From assembly GCF_044324785.1 (NCBI RefSeq), contig NZ_CP172127.1: 64,000 bases of DNA; one strand, written 5' to 3'. Positions 12,937 through 23,110 of the stretch are shown here, in pieces; positions within the stretch are counted from its first letter, which is position 1, and each line of letters opens with the position of its first letter. Below the pieces are notes generated by a model. The model made no database searches, was not told the origin of the DNA, and saw nothing but the letters and a program-made list of their open reading frames with translations. Origin of the DNA: Escherichia coli (GTDB lineage: Bacteria; Pseudomonadota; Gammaproteobacteria; Enterobacterales; Enterobacteriaceae). The translations under genes were made by a program, and so were the position numbers.

Positions 12937-14609
12937 TCCTGCTACTTTGCAGCACTTCCGTTTTTGCCGGATTATTCGACGCGCCGGGACGTTCACAATT
13001 TGTCCCCGCGGATCAAGCCTTTGCTTTTGATTTTCAGCAAAACCAACATGACCTGAATCTGACCTGGCAGATCAAAGACGGTTACTACCTCTACCGTAAA
13101 CAGGTCCGCATTACGCCGGAACACGCGAAAATTGCCGACGTGCAGCTGCCGCAAGGCGTCTGGCATGAAGATGAGTTTTACGGCAAAAGCGAGATTTACC
13201 GCGATCGGCTGACGCTTCCCATAACCATCAACCAGGCGAGTGCGGGAGCGACGTTAACTGTCACCTACCAGGGCTGTGCTGATGCCGGTTTCTGTTATCC
13301 GCCAGAAACCAAAACCGTTCCGTTAAGCGAAGTGGTCGCCAACAACGCAGCGTCACAGCCTGTGTCTGTTCCGCAGCAAGAGCAGCCCTCCGCGCAATTG
13401 CCCTTTTCCGCGCTCTGGGCGTTGTTGATCGGTATTGGTATCGCCTTTACGCCATGCGTGCTGCCAATGTACCCACTGATTTCTGGCATCGTGCTGGGCG
13501 GTAAACAGCGGCTTTCCACTGCCAGAGCATTGTTGCTGACCTTTATTTATGTGCAGGGGATGGCGCTGACTTACACGGCACTGGGTCTGGTGGTTGCTGC
13601 CGCAGGGTTACAGTTCCAGGCGGCGCTACAGCACCCATACGTGCTCATTGGCCTCGCTATCGTCTTTACCTTGCTGGCGATGTCAATGTTTGGCTTGTTT
13701 ACTCTGCAACTCCCCTCTTCGCTGCAAACACGTCTCACGCTGATGAGCAATCGCCAACAGGGCGGCTCACCTGGCGGTGTGTTTGTTATGGGGGCGATTG
13801 CCGGACTGATCTGTTCACCATGCACCACCGCACCGCTTAGCGCGATTCTGCTGTATATCGCCCAAAGCGGGAACATGTGGCTGGGCGGCGGCACGCTTTA
13901 TCTCTATGCGTTGGGCATGGGCCTGCCGCTGATGCTAATAACCGTCTTTGGTAACCGCCTGCTGCCGAAAAGCGGCCCGTGGATGGAACAAGTCAAAACC
14001 GCGTTTGGTTTTGTGATCCTCGCATTGCCGGTCTTCCTGCTGGAGCGAGTGATTGGTGATATATGGGGATTACGCTTGTGGTCGGCGCTTGGTGTCGCAT
14101 TCTTTGGCTGGGCCTTTATCACCAGCCTACAGGCCAAACGCGACTGGATGCGCGTGGTGCAAATAATCCTGCTGGCAGCGGCATTGGTTAGCGTGCGCCC
14201 ACTTCAGGATTGGGCATTTGGTGCGACGCATACCGCGCAAACTCAGACGCATCTCAACTTTACACAAATCAAAACGGTAGATGAGTTAAATCAGGCGCTC
14301 GTTGAAGCCAAAGGCAAACCAGTGATGTTAGATCTCTATGCCGACTGGTGCGTCGCCTGTAAAGAGTTTGAGAAATACACCTTCAGCGACCCGCAGGTGC
14401 AAAAAGCGTTAGCAGACACGGTATTACTTCAGGCCAACGTCACTGCCAACGACGCACAAGATGTGGCGCTGTTAAAGCATCTTAATGTCCTTGGCCTACC
14501 GACAATTCTCTTTTTTGACGGACAAGGCCAGGAGCATCCACAAGCACGCGTCACGGGCTTTATGGATGCTGAAACCTTCAGCGCACATTTGCGCGATCGC
14601 CAACCGTGA
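12912..14609 (+). CDS. dsbD: thiol:disulfide interchange protein DsbD
   Basis: 565-aa product from [19 protein letters not shown]..., with central membrane domain and C-terminal thioredoxin-like CVAC motif; overlaps the cutA 3' end as in K-12. Confidence 0.92.
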
Positions 14610-14645
14610 ACGACACTTGCAGTGGGAAAGACGGAGGAAAATAGC

Positions 14646-15221
14646 GTGCAACGTGAAGATGTACTGGGAGAAGCCCTGAAATTATTAGAATTACAAGGGA
14701 TTGCCAACACCACGCTGGAGATGGTTGCTGAACGTGTGGATTATCCACTGGACGAGCTACGCCGCTTCTGGCCAGACAAAGAGGCAATCCTCTACGATGC
14801 GCTGCGTTATCTTAGCCAACAGATAGATGTCTGGCGTCGTCAGCTGATGCTGGACGAAACGCAAACCGCCGAACAAAAGCTGCTGGCACGTTATCAGGCG
14901 TTATCGGAGTGCGTTAAAAACAACCGCTATCCGGGCTGTCTGTTTATCGCTGCCTGTACGTTTTATCCCGATCCTGGCCACCCTATTCATCAACTGGCCG
15001 ATCAGCAAAAAAGCGCGGCCTACGATTTCACCCACGAACTGTTAACCACACTGGAAGTTGACGATCCGGCGATGGTAGCAAAGCAGATGGAACTGGTGCT
15101 GGAAGGCTGTTTAAGCCGAATGCTGGTGAATCGTAGCCAGGCGGATGTCGACACCGCACATCGGCTGGCAGAAGATATCCTGCGCTTCGCCCGCTGCCGC
15201 CAGGGTGGCGCACTGACCTGA
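14646..15221 (+). CDS. yjdC: TetR-family transcriptional regulator YjdC
   Basis: 191-aa product from a GTG start ([31 protein letters not shown]...), HTH N-terminus. Confidence 0.8.
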
Positions 15222-15327
15222 CAGAAACACAGAAAAGAAGCGATTTGCCGCAATCTTAAGCAGTTGAATCGCTTTTACTGAAATTAGGTTGACGAGATGT
15301 GCATATTACGGTTTAATGCGCCCCGTT

Positions 15328-15403
15328 GCCCGGATAGCTCAGTCGGTAGAGCAGGGGATTGAAAATCCCCGTGTCCTTGGTTCGATTCCGAGTCCGGGCA
15401 CCA
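15328..15403 (+). tRNA. pheU: tRNA-Phe (GAA anticodon)
   Basis: exact 76-nt match to the E. coli tRNA-Phe sequence GCCCGGATAGCTCAGTCGGTAGAGCAGGGGATTGAAAATCCCC...GGGCACCA; K-12 position next to yjdC. Confidence 0.97.
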
Positions 15404-15579
15404 CTTTCACTTCCAGATTCATCTCCCGAACTCCACGAAACTCAAGTATAATCACATCGTTACAAGCAATCTGAACATCCTGAACTCCACCGAACTCTAC
15501 TGAACTCTCTCTCAATCAAGCGTTCATTGGGGGCACCGGTGGGGGCTCATTGTGTTCAGTCAGTTTCAGGAGCCCCCAT

Positions 15580-16764
15580 ATGGCACTTACAGCCAGACAG
15601 GTCGAAACAGCCAGACCTAAAGAAAAAGACTATAAACTCTCTGACGAACGTGGTTTATATCTGCTGGTAAAAACCACGGGTGCCCGCTACTGGCGGCTTA
15701 AATACCGGATAGCAGGAAAAGAGAAAAAACTGGCCCTCGGCGTCTATCCCGACGTCTCCCTTGCTGAAGCCAGAATCAAACGCGACGATGCCCGAAAAAT
15801 TATCTCCGAAGGTGGCGACCCGGGCGAAAAGAAGCGAAAGGAAAAACTCACTCAGAAAATCTCTGCCACCAATACGTTCCATGCCCTTGCTACGGAATGG
15901 CATCAGCATAAATCTTTGTCATGGTCTGAAAGTTACGCCAGAAGCGTACTGGAGGCTCTGGATAAAGATATTTTCCCGTATCTGGGCAAACGAAGCGTTA
16001 CTGATATCCTCCCGCTGGAAATGCTGGAAATTCTGCGCCGCATAGAAAAACGTGGCTCGCTGGAAAAACTTCGTAAGGTGCGTCAATACTGTAATCAGAT
16101 TTTTCGTTATGCCATCGCCACCGGACGAGCCACTGTCAATCCGGCATCTGAACTGACCAGTACGCTGGCGGCGCCAAAAGCTGCACATTTCCCCCACCTG
16201 AGAGCAGATGAGCTCCCTGTTTTTCTCCGGAAGCTCGCTGAATATCATGGCAGTCCTGTTACCCGCATGGCGACAAATCTGCTGCTTCTGACAGGCCTCA
16301 GAACGATTGAACTACGGTCCGCTGAATGGTCAGAAATTGATTTTGATAATGCCCTGTGGACAATCCCTGAAAGCCGCATGAAAATGCGACGTAAACATGT
16401 CGTACCACTGTCACGACAGGCCACTGACATTCTGCTGCAGCTCAAAACTTTCTCCGGACAATACCGGCTGGTTTTCCCGGGACGTTGTGATATCAACAAG
16501 CCAATGAGCGAAGCCAGCATCAATATGGTGCTCAAACGTATCGGTTACGATGGCAGGGCAACCGGTCATGGTTTTCGTCACACCATGAGTACCATTCTGC
16601 ACGAACAGGGCTTTAATTCTGCCTGGATTGAAATGCAGTTAGCTCATGTGGATAAAAATTCCATCAGGGGTACCTATAATCATGCCCTGTATCTCGATGG
16701 TCGCCGTGAAATGATGCAATGGTACGCTGACTACATTGATTCACTTTCCATCCAGGAGAGTTAA
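15580..16764 (+). CDS. P4-type tyrosine integrase of a pheU-inserted genomic island
   Basis: about 394 aa, MALTARQVETARPKEKDYKLSDERGLYLLVKTTGARYWRLKYRIAGKEKKLALGVYP..., with C-terminal catalytic region (HGFRHT...Y); located 177 bp after the tRNA 3' end. Confidence 0.88.
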   Translation: MALTARQVETARPKEKDYKLSDERGLYLLVKTTGARYWRLKYRIAGKEKKLALGVYPDVSLAEARIKRDDARKIISEGGDPGEKKRKEKLTQKISATNTFHALATEWHQHKSLSWSESYARSVLEALDKDIFPYLGKRSVTDILPLEMLEILRRIEKRGSLEKLRKVRQYCNQIFRYAIATGRATVNPASELTSTLAAPKAAHFPHLRADELPVFLRKLAEYHGSPVTRMATNLLLLTGLRTIELRSAEWSEIDFDNALWTIPESRMKMRRKHVVPLSRQATDILLQLKTFSGQYRLVFPGRCDINKPMSEASINMVLKRIGYDGRATGHGFRHTMSTILHEQGFNSAWIEMQLAHVDKNSIRGTYNHALYLDGRREMMQWYADYIDSLSIQES

Positions 16765-16849
16765 TTACACTTTGTCCTGAAATTATTCTCACAATCAATA
16801 ACCTTTCCCTCTGATCTTACAGATCAGAGGGATTCCGTTAACTTACAAT

Positions 16850-16889
16850 AAGTGATATTGGTTGTCTGGAGATTTAGGGGGACGGTCTA
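16850..16889. repeat. solo IS2 terminal inverted repeat (about 40 bp remnant)
   Basis: AAGTGATATTGGTTGTCTGGAGATTTAGGGGGACGGTCTA is near-identical to the IS2 end at 26363-26402, same orientation. Confidence 0.7.
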
Positions 16890-16913
16890 CTATAATAATT
16901 AGCAGGAGATAAT

Positions 16914-17924
16914 ATGTCACTTAAGGCGATTGCCACTGCACTCGGAGTTTCTGTCACCACTGTCAGTCGGGCTCTTGGAGGCTATGCAGATGTGTCAGCT
17001 TCCACCCGTGCACGGGTGGAAGCTGAAGCTCGTCGACGCGGTTACCGTCCTAATACTCAGGCAAGAAGACTCAAAACCGGTAAAACCGATGCTGTCGGTC
17101 TGGTTTATCCTGGACGTGATGTGCCATTTAACAGTGGTGTTTTTATGGATATGGTCAGTTGCATCAGCCGGGAACTTGCTCACCATGATATTGACTTACT
17201 ACTGATAGCTGATGATGAGCATGCCGATTGCCACAGCTATATGCGGCTTGTTGAAAGTCGCAGGGTTGATGCTCTCATCATTGCACACACTCTGGATGAC
17301 GATCCCCGTATCACACACCTTCATAAAGCAGGTATTCCATTTCTGGCTCTTGGTCGGGTACCATCTGGTCTGCCCTGTGCGTGGTTTGACTTTGATAATC
17401 ATGCCGGGACTGGACAGGCAACCCAGAAACTGATTGCTTTGGGACATAAACGTATTGCATTGTTGAGTGAAGACACTTCACATAGCTATGTTGTTGCAAG
17501 ACGTCAGGGATGGCTTGATGCACTGAATGAGCATGAACTGGAAGATACATGGCTGCGGCTGGTTTCTCCCACACGGCGAGCAGGATATCAGGCCGTGATG
17601 GAGTTAATGTCACTACCGATACCACCAACAGCTATTATTACTGACAATGACCTGAGTGGAGATGGTGCTGCCATGGCACTGCAGTTGAGCGGTCGTCTTT
17701 CAGGAAAAGATGCGGTATCTCTGGTTGTATATGATGGTTTGCCACAGGACAGTATTATTGAGCTGGATGTGGCTGCAGTTATTCAGTCAACACGAAGCCT
17801 CGTTGGTCGCCAGATTTCCGAGATGATATATCAGATAATTACTGATTCATCATCAAAACCACTACAGGTTGTCTGGAACCCGGTATTTTATCCGGGAAAG
17901 ACGATTCATCCTCCTTGCTCCTGA
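16914..17924 (+). CDS. rafR: LacI/GalR-family repressor of the raffinose operon
   Basis: 336-aa ORF with N-terminal HTH (LKAIATALGVSVTTVSRAL) and sugar-binding core; followed by operator palindromes and rafA. Confidence 0.8.
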   Translation: MSLKAIATALGVSVTTVSRALGGYADVSASTRARVEAEARRRGYRPNTQARRLKTGKTDAVGLVYPGRDVPFNSGVFMDMVSCISRELAHHDIDLLLIADDEHADCHSYMRLVESRRVDALIIAHTLDDDPRITHLHKAGIPFLALGRVPSGLPCAWFDFDNHAGTGQATQKLIALGHKRIALLSEDTSHSYVVARRQGWLDALNEHELEDTWLRLVSPTRRAGYQAVMELMSLPIPPTAIITDNDLSGDGAAMALQLSGRLSGKDAVSLVVYDGLPQDSIIELDVAAVIQSTRSLVGRQISEMIYQIITDSSSKPLQVVWNPVFYPGKTIHPPCS

Positions 17925-17944
17925 TTTTTTTATCCAGCTCACAT

Positions 17945-17983
17945 ATCCGAAACGTTTTGGTTGATACCCGAAACGTTTCGGAT
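17945..17983. promoter_or_regulatory. paired palindromic operators (RafR-type) in the rafA promoter
   Basis: two near-identical palindromes CCGAAACGTTTTGG (17947-17960) and CCGAAACGTTTCGG (17968-17981) between rafR and rafA. Confidence 0.7.
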
Positions 17984-18019
17984 CAACAGTAAGGCATCCC
18001 TGAGAAAGGAGAATGTCTT

Positions 18020-20146
18020 ATGGTTTCAAAGTACTGCAGACTGAGCAGTCCTCGCTCTGATTTAATTATTAAAACCCGTCCACATGCAGAAATTATCTGG
18101 TGGGGCTCTGCACTGAAACATTTCTCACCGGATGACTGTGCCAGCCTGGAAAGACCGGTTGCGAATGGTCGTCTGGATATTGATACGCCACTAACACTGA
18201 TGGCTGAAAATGCCCTGGGACTTTTTAGCTCTCCGGGACTGGAAGGACACAGGAATGGGCTGGATGCATCTCCTGTTTTTTATACAGTTGACGTGGAACA
18301 TACCGAAAACACTCTGAGACTTACCAGTGAAGATTCGGTAGCCGGCCTGCGTCTGGTCAGCGAGCTGGTGATGACGCCATCAGGAATTCTGAAAGTTCGT
18401 CATGCACTGACCAACCTCAGAGAGGGGGACTGGCAGATAAATCGTTTCGCCATCACTTTACCTTTAGCGGAACGTGCGGAAGAAGTCATGGCTTTTCACG
18501 GACGCTGGACTCGTGAATTTCAGCCGCACAGGGTACGTCTCACTCATGATGCTTTTGTTCTGGAAAATCGCAGAGGGCGGACATCTCATGAGCATTTTCC
18601 GGCGCTGATTGTCGGCACGCCAGGCTTCTCGGAACAACAGGGAGAGGTGTGGGCTGTGCATCTGGGGTGGAGTGGAAATCACCGCATGAGATGTGAGGCA
18701 AAAACTGACGGCAGGCGTTACGTTCAGGCTGAGGCTCTGTGGATGCCGGGTGAGAAGGCTCTCAGGAAGAATGAAACCCTGTACACCCCGTGGCTATATG
18801 CCTGCCACTCTGCGGATGGCCTGAATGGAATGAGTCAGCAATACCATCGTTTTTTGCGTGATGAAATTATCCGTTTCCCTGAGCAAAAACCCCGCCCTGT
18901 ACATCTCAATACCTGGGAAGGTATTTATTTCAATCACAATCCTGATTACATCATGCAGATGGCTGAGCGTGCAGCAGCACTGGGCGTTGAACGTTTCATT
19001 ATTGATGATGGCTGGTTTAAAGGACGTAACGATGACCGCGCGGCTCTGGGCGACTGGTATACCGATGAACAGAAATACCCGAACGGGCTGATGCCGGTTA
19101 TTAAACATGTGAAATCTCTCGGTATGGAATTTGGCATATGGGTTGAGCCGGAAATGATTAACCCGGATTCTGACCTGTTTCGTCTTCATCCTGACTGGGT
19201 ATTGTCAATGCCTGGATATTCCCAGCCAACCGGAAGATATCAGTATGTTCTTAACCTGAATATTCCAGAGGCCTTTGCTTACATTTATGAACGTTTCTTA
19301 TGGTTACTGGGAGAACATCCGGTTGATTATGTGAAATGGGACATGAATCGTGAGCTTGTACAGGCAGGGCATGAAGGCCGTGCGGCAGCAGATGCACAGA
19401 CCCGTCAGTTCTATCGATTGCTTGATCTCCTCCGTGAACGTTTTCCACATGTTGAGTTTGAGTCCTGTGCTTCCGGTGGGGGGCGTATTGACTTCGAAGT
19501 CCTGAAACGCACACACCGGTTCTGGGCATCTGACAATAATGATGCCCTGGAGCGCTGCACCATACAACGTGGCATGAGTTACTTTTTCCCTCCTGAGGTG
19601 ATGGGGGCGCATATTGGCCATCGCCGCTGCCATGCAACTTTCCGGCAGCACAGCATCGCTTTTCGTGGGCTGACGGCATTGTTCGGCCATATGGGGCTGG
19701 AGCTGGATCCGGTGGCCGCAGATGCGAAGGAATCTGACGGTTATCGCCGGTATGCCTTGCTCTATAAAGAATGGCGACAACTGATTCATACAGGAGTTCT
19801 CTGGCGTGTGGATATGCCAGATCCTTCGATACAGGTTCAGGGAGTCGTCAGCCCTGATCAGTCTCAGGCACTTTTTATGATCAGCCAGCTTGCAATGCCG
19901 GATTACACCTTACCAGGCATACTTCGTTTTCCCGGTCTGGCGGCGGAAGTGCGTTACCGGCTTCGGGTTATTGATCACCCGGACCTCCAGGTGGTTGGTG
20001 AAGGCGGTCATACCATGCGCAAATTACCTGTCTGGATGAATCAGAGCCTTGAGGCCAGTGGTGAATGGCTGGCACAGGGAGGGATTCAGCTCCCCGTACT
20101 GGATCCGGAGAGTGCGATTTTGATAGCACTTGAAAGAGCTGTGTGA
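18020..20146 (+). CDS. rafA: alpha-galactosidase (GH36), raffinose operon
   Basis: 708-aa ORF; gene order with a LacY-like permease and a GH32 invertase downstream. Confidence 0.85.
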   Translation: MVSKYCRLSSPRSDLIIKTRPHAEIIWWGSALKHFSPDDCASLERPVANGRLDIDTPLTLMAENALGLFSSPGLEGHRNGLDASPVFYTVDVEHTENTLRLTSEDSVAGLRLVSELVMTPSGILKVRHALTNLREGDWQINRFAITLPLAERAEEVMAFHGRWTREFQPHRVRLTHDAFVLENRRGRTSHEHFPALIVGTPGFSEQQGEVWAVHLGWSGNHRMRCEAKTDGRRYVQAEALWMPGEKALRKNETLYTPWLYACHSADGLNGMSQQYHRFLRDEIIRFPEQKPRPVHLNTWEGIYFNHNPDYIMQMAERAAALGVERFIIDDGWFKGRNDDRAALGDWYTDEQKYPNGLMPVIKHVKSLGMEFGIWVEPEMINPDSDLFRLHPDWVLSMPGYSQPTGRYQYVLNLNIPEAFAYIYERFLWLLGEHPVDYVKWDMNRELVQAGHEGRAAADAQTRQFYRLLDLLRERFPHVEFESCASGGGRIDFEVLKRTHRFWASDNNDALERCTIQRGMSYFFPPEVMGAHIGHRRCHATFRQHSIAFRGLTALFGHMGLELDPVAADAKESDGYRRYALLYKEWRQLIHTGVLWRVDMPDPSIQVQGVVSPDQSQALFMISQLAMPDYTLPGILRFPGLAAEVRYRLRVIDHPDLQVVGEGGHTMRKLPVWMNQSLEASGEWLAQGGIQLPVLDPESAILIALERAV

Positions 20147-20208
20147 AGAGAGGTACGGAGCCTCAGCTCCGTCCTGTTTCTCAATATTATCCCGTGAGGG
20201 TAAGAATA

Positions 20209-21486
20209 ATGAATTCTGCAAGTACGCATAAAAATCCCGATTTCTGGATTTTCGGTCTGTTCTTCTTTCTCTACTTTTTCATCATGGCAACCTGTTTTCC
20301 GTTTTTGCCTGTATGGCTGTCCGATGTGGTCGGACTGAGTAAAACGGATACAGGTATAGTCTTTTCATGTCTTTCTCTGTTTGCCATCAGTTTCCAGCCA
20401 TTGCTTGGGGTCATATCAGATCGCCTGGGACTGAAAAAAAACCTGATCTGGAGTATCAGCCTGTTACTTGTATTTTTCGCCCCCTTTTTTTTATATGTAT
20501 TTGCGCCCCTGCTGCGCTTCAATATCTGGGCAGGCGCACTGACTGGCGGTGTCTTTATTGGTTTTGTGTTTTCTGCAGGTGCCGGAGCTATTGAAGCTTA
20601 TATAGAGCGGGTCAGTCGCAGTCGTGGATTTGAATACGGTAAAGCGAGGATGTTCGGGTGTCTGGGCTGGGCGTTATGTGCGGCTATGGCTGGAATGCTT
20701 TTTAATGTCGATCCTTCTCTGGTTTTCTGGATGGGGTCAGTAAGCGCATTATTGTTGCTTCTTCTGTTGTTTCTGGCGCGCCCCAGTACCAGCCAGACGG
20801 CAATGGTTATGAATACACTGGGTGCCAATTCTTCCCTGATTTCGACCAGAATGGTCTTCAGCCTGTTTCGCATGCGTCAGATGTGGATGTTTGTTCTCTA
20901 CACGATTGGTGTGGCCTGTGTCTATGATGTATTTGATCAGCAGTTTGCCACATTTTTTCGTTCATTCTTTGACACTCCTCAGGCAGGAATAAAAGCATTC
21001 GGATTTGCTACCACTGCGGGGGAGATTTGTAATGCCATTATCATGTTCTGTACACCATGGATAATTCATCGCATTGGTGCCAAAAATACCCTGCTTGTTG
21101 CGGGGGGAATTATGACCATCCGCATTACCGGTTCTGCTTTTGCCACCACCGCGACAGAAGTGGTGATTCTGAAAATGCTTCACGCTCTTGAAGTTCCATT
21201 TTTGCTGGTTGGGGCGTTCAAATATATTACGGCAGTGTTTGACACCCGACTGTCAGCGACCGTTTATTTAATAGGTTTTCAGTTTTCCAAACAACTTGCT
21301 GCAATACTTCTCTCTACCTTTGCCGGCCACCTGTATGATCGTATGGGATTCCAGAATACGTATTTTGTGCTCGGGATGATTGCTCTGACTGTTACCGTGA
21401 TATCAGTTTTCACGCTGAGTTCTTCCCGCGGGAGCGTACACCCTTCTGTAGAAAAAGCCCCTGCAGCGCATTCGGAGATTAACTGA
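20209..21486 (+). CDS. rafB: raffinose permease (LacY-family MFS symporter)
   Basis: 425-aa product from MNSASTHKNPDFWIFGLFFFLYFFIMATCFPF...; RBS GAGGG upstream; overlaps the rafD start. Confidence 0.85.
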   Translation: MNSASTHKNPDFWIFGLFFFLYFFIMATCFPFLPVWLSDVVGLSKTDTGIVFSCLSLFAISFQPLLGVISDRLGLKKNLIWSISLLLVFFAPFFLYVFAPLLRFNIWAGALTGGVFIGFVFSAGAGAIEAYIERVSRSRGFEYGKARMFGCLGWALCAAMAGMLFNVDPSLVFWMGSVSALLLLLLLFLARPSTSQTAMVMNTLGANSSLISTRMVFSLFRMRQMWMFVLYTIGVACVYDVFDQQFATFFRSFFDTPQAGIKAFGFATTAGEICNAIIMFCTPWIIHRIGAKNTLLVAGGIMTIRITGSAFATTATEVVILKMLHALEVPFLLVGAFKYITAVFDTRLSATVYLIGFQFSKQLAAILLSTFAGHLYDRMGFQNTYFVLGMIALTVTVISVFTLSSSRGSVHPSVEKAPAAHSEIN

Positions 21487-22916
21487 TGAAACAGCGTCTT
21501 GCTTTGGCACAGTCTGCCCTTGAAAAACTTTGCGCACGTCGTGGTAATGCCTGGTACCCGATTTTTCATCTGGCTCCACCTGCCGGCTGGATGAATGATC
21601 CAAATGGCCTTATTTACTTCAATGGGCGTTACCATGCGTTCTTCCAGCATCATCCTGCAAGCGCATATCAGGGGCCAATGCACTGGGGGCATGCCACCAG
21701 TACCGACATGTTGCACTGGCAACACGAACCTGTCGCGCTGGCACCCGGAGATAAATATGATCGTGATGGCTGTTTTTCAGGGAGTGCCGTGGATGATGAT
21801 GGCGTGCTATCACTTATTTATACTGGTCATATTTGTCTCGATGATCGTGGTAATGACAGCATTATCCGTGAAGTACAGTGTCTGGCTACAAGTCATGATG
21901 GTATTCACTTTGAGAAGCAGGGCTGTGTGCTGACACCTCCGGAAGGTATAATGCATTTCCGTGATCCCAAAGTCTGGCACGAAGACGGCTCCTGGTGGAT
22001 GGTCATTGGTGCCCGGGACGCTTCTGACAATGGGCAAGTTCTGTTGTATCGCGGGACATCTTTGCGGGACTGGCATCTGGAGCATGTTCTTGCTCATTCC
22101 GCAGCCGGAAAAAGTTATATGTGGGAATGCCCCGATTTCTTCAGGTGTGGTAATTTTCACTGGCTGATGTTCTCACCACAGGGGATGCCCCCTTCCGGTT
22201 ATCGGTTCCGTAACCTTTTTCAGAGCGGTGTGTTGGCAGGGAGCTGGAAGCCTGGTTCTGTCTTTGCGCTGAAAGGGGGATTTGAAGAGCTGGATTATGG
22301 TCATGACTTTTATGCTCCACAGTCCATGCTGGCTGAGGACGGCAGGCGTATCATTATGGCATGGATGAATATGTGGGATTCACCCGTGCCCACCCGCAGT
22401 GAAGCCTGGGCAGGATGTCTGACGCTGCCCAGAGAGGTTTTTGAGCGCGATGGCCGGCTGTGCCAGCGACCTGTGCGTGAAGTCGAATCTCTGCGCAAAA
22501 AATGCCAGCCATTATCCCCTGTAAGGTTACAGGGTTTGCAATTACTGACCGAAAATGTACAGGCCGCAGAATTATTGGTGACGTGGCATACGGTTGACAG
22601 TCATGCGGAGCACTATGGCGTCCGCCTTGGAGACGGTCTGCGACTTTATGTGGATAATCAGGCCGGGCGACTGGTACTGTGGCGCTATTACCCTGAGGAA
22701 GGGTTGGATGGTTACCGCAGTGTTGAACTTCCTGATACAGAATATCTGACTCTTCGTATTTTCTTGGATCGTTCATCTGTTGAAGTGTTTGTTAACGATG
22801 GTGAGGCAACCTTATCAAGTCGTATTTATCCGCAAGCGGACTCGAGACAATTATCGTTATATGCCGCTCATGGCGATGCGATATTAACTGATGGCACTTT
22901 ATGGATGCTGACCTGA
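21486..22916 (+). CDS. rafD: raffinose invertase / sucrose-6-phosphate hydrolase-like (GH32)
   Basis: 476-aa ORF with GH32 motifs (WMNDPNGL, FRDPKV, WECPD). Confidence 0.85.
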   Translation: MKQRLALAQSALEKLCARRGNAWYPIFHLAPPAGWMNDPNGLIYFNGRYHAFFQHHPASAYQGPMHWGHATSTDMLHWQHEPVALAPGDKYDRDGCFSGSAVDDDGVLSLIYTGHICLDDRGNDSIIREVQCLATSHDGIHFEKQGCVLTPPEGIMHFRDPKVWHEDGSWWMVIGARDASDNGQVLLYRGTSLRDWHLEHVLAHSAAGKSYMWECPDFFRCGNFHWLMFSPQGMPPSGYRFRNLFQSGVLAGSWKPGSVFALKGGFEELDYGHDFYAPQSMLAEDGRRIIMAWMNMWDSPVPTRSEAWAGCLTLPREVFERDGRLCQRPVREVESLRKKCQPLSPVRLQGLQLLTENVQAAELLVTWHTVDSHAEHYGVRLGDGLRLYVDNQAGRLVLWRYYPEEGLDGYRSVELPDTEYLTLRIFLDRSSVEVFVNDGEATLSSRIYPQADSRQLSLYAAHGDAILTDGTLWMLT

Positions 22917-23110
22917 GACATATCGATATCAGTATTTTTTCTGACATTATCTGTCATTACTTTGCCAGTACACATTAATTATCTTTGCTGTGTGCTTTTG
23001 GTAATGTGTTGCGATTATATATACCAGTCTGGTGAAGAATATGAATGGTATTTTGTGTTGATACAGAGAATATAAGAGTACCCACATTTGTTTTTATTTA
23101 AGGGGGTAAA

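Noticed and set aside
20143-21486. 447-aa version of rafB starting at 20143
   Set aside because: The upstream 22 codons overlap the rafA 3' end; the internal ATG at 20209 has an RBS and gives the expected LacY-family N-terminus.
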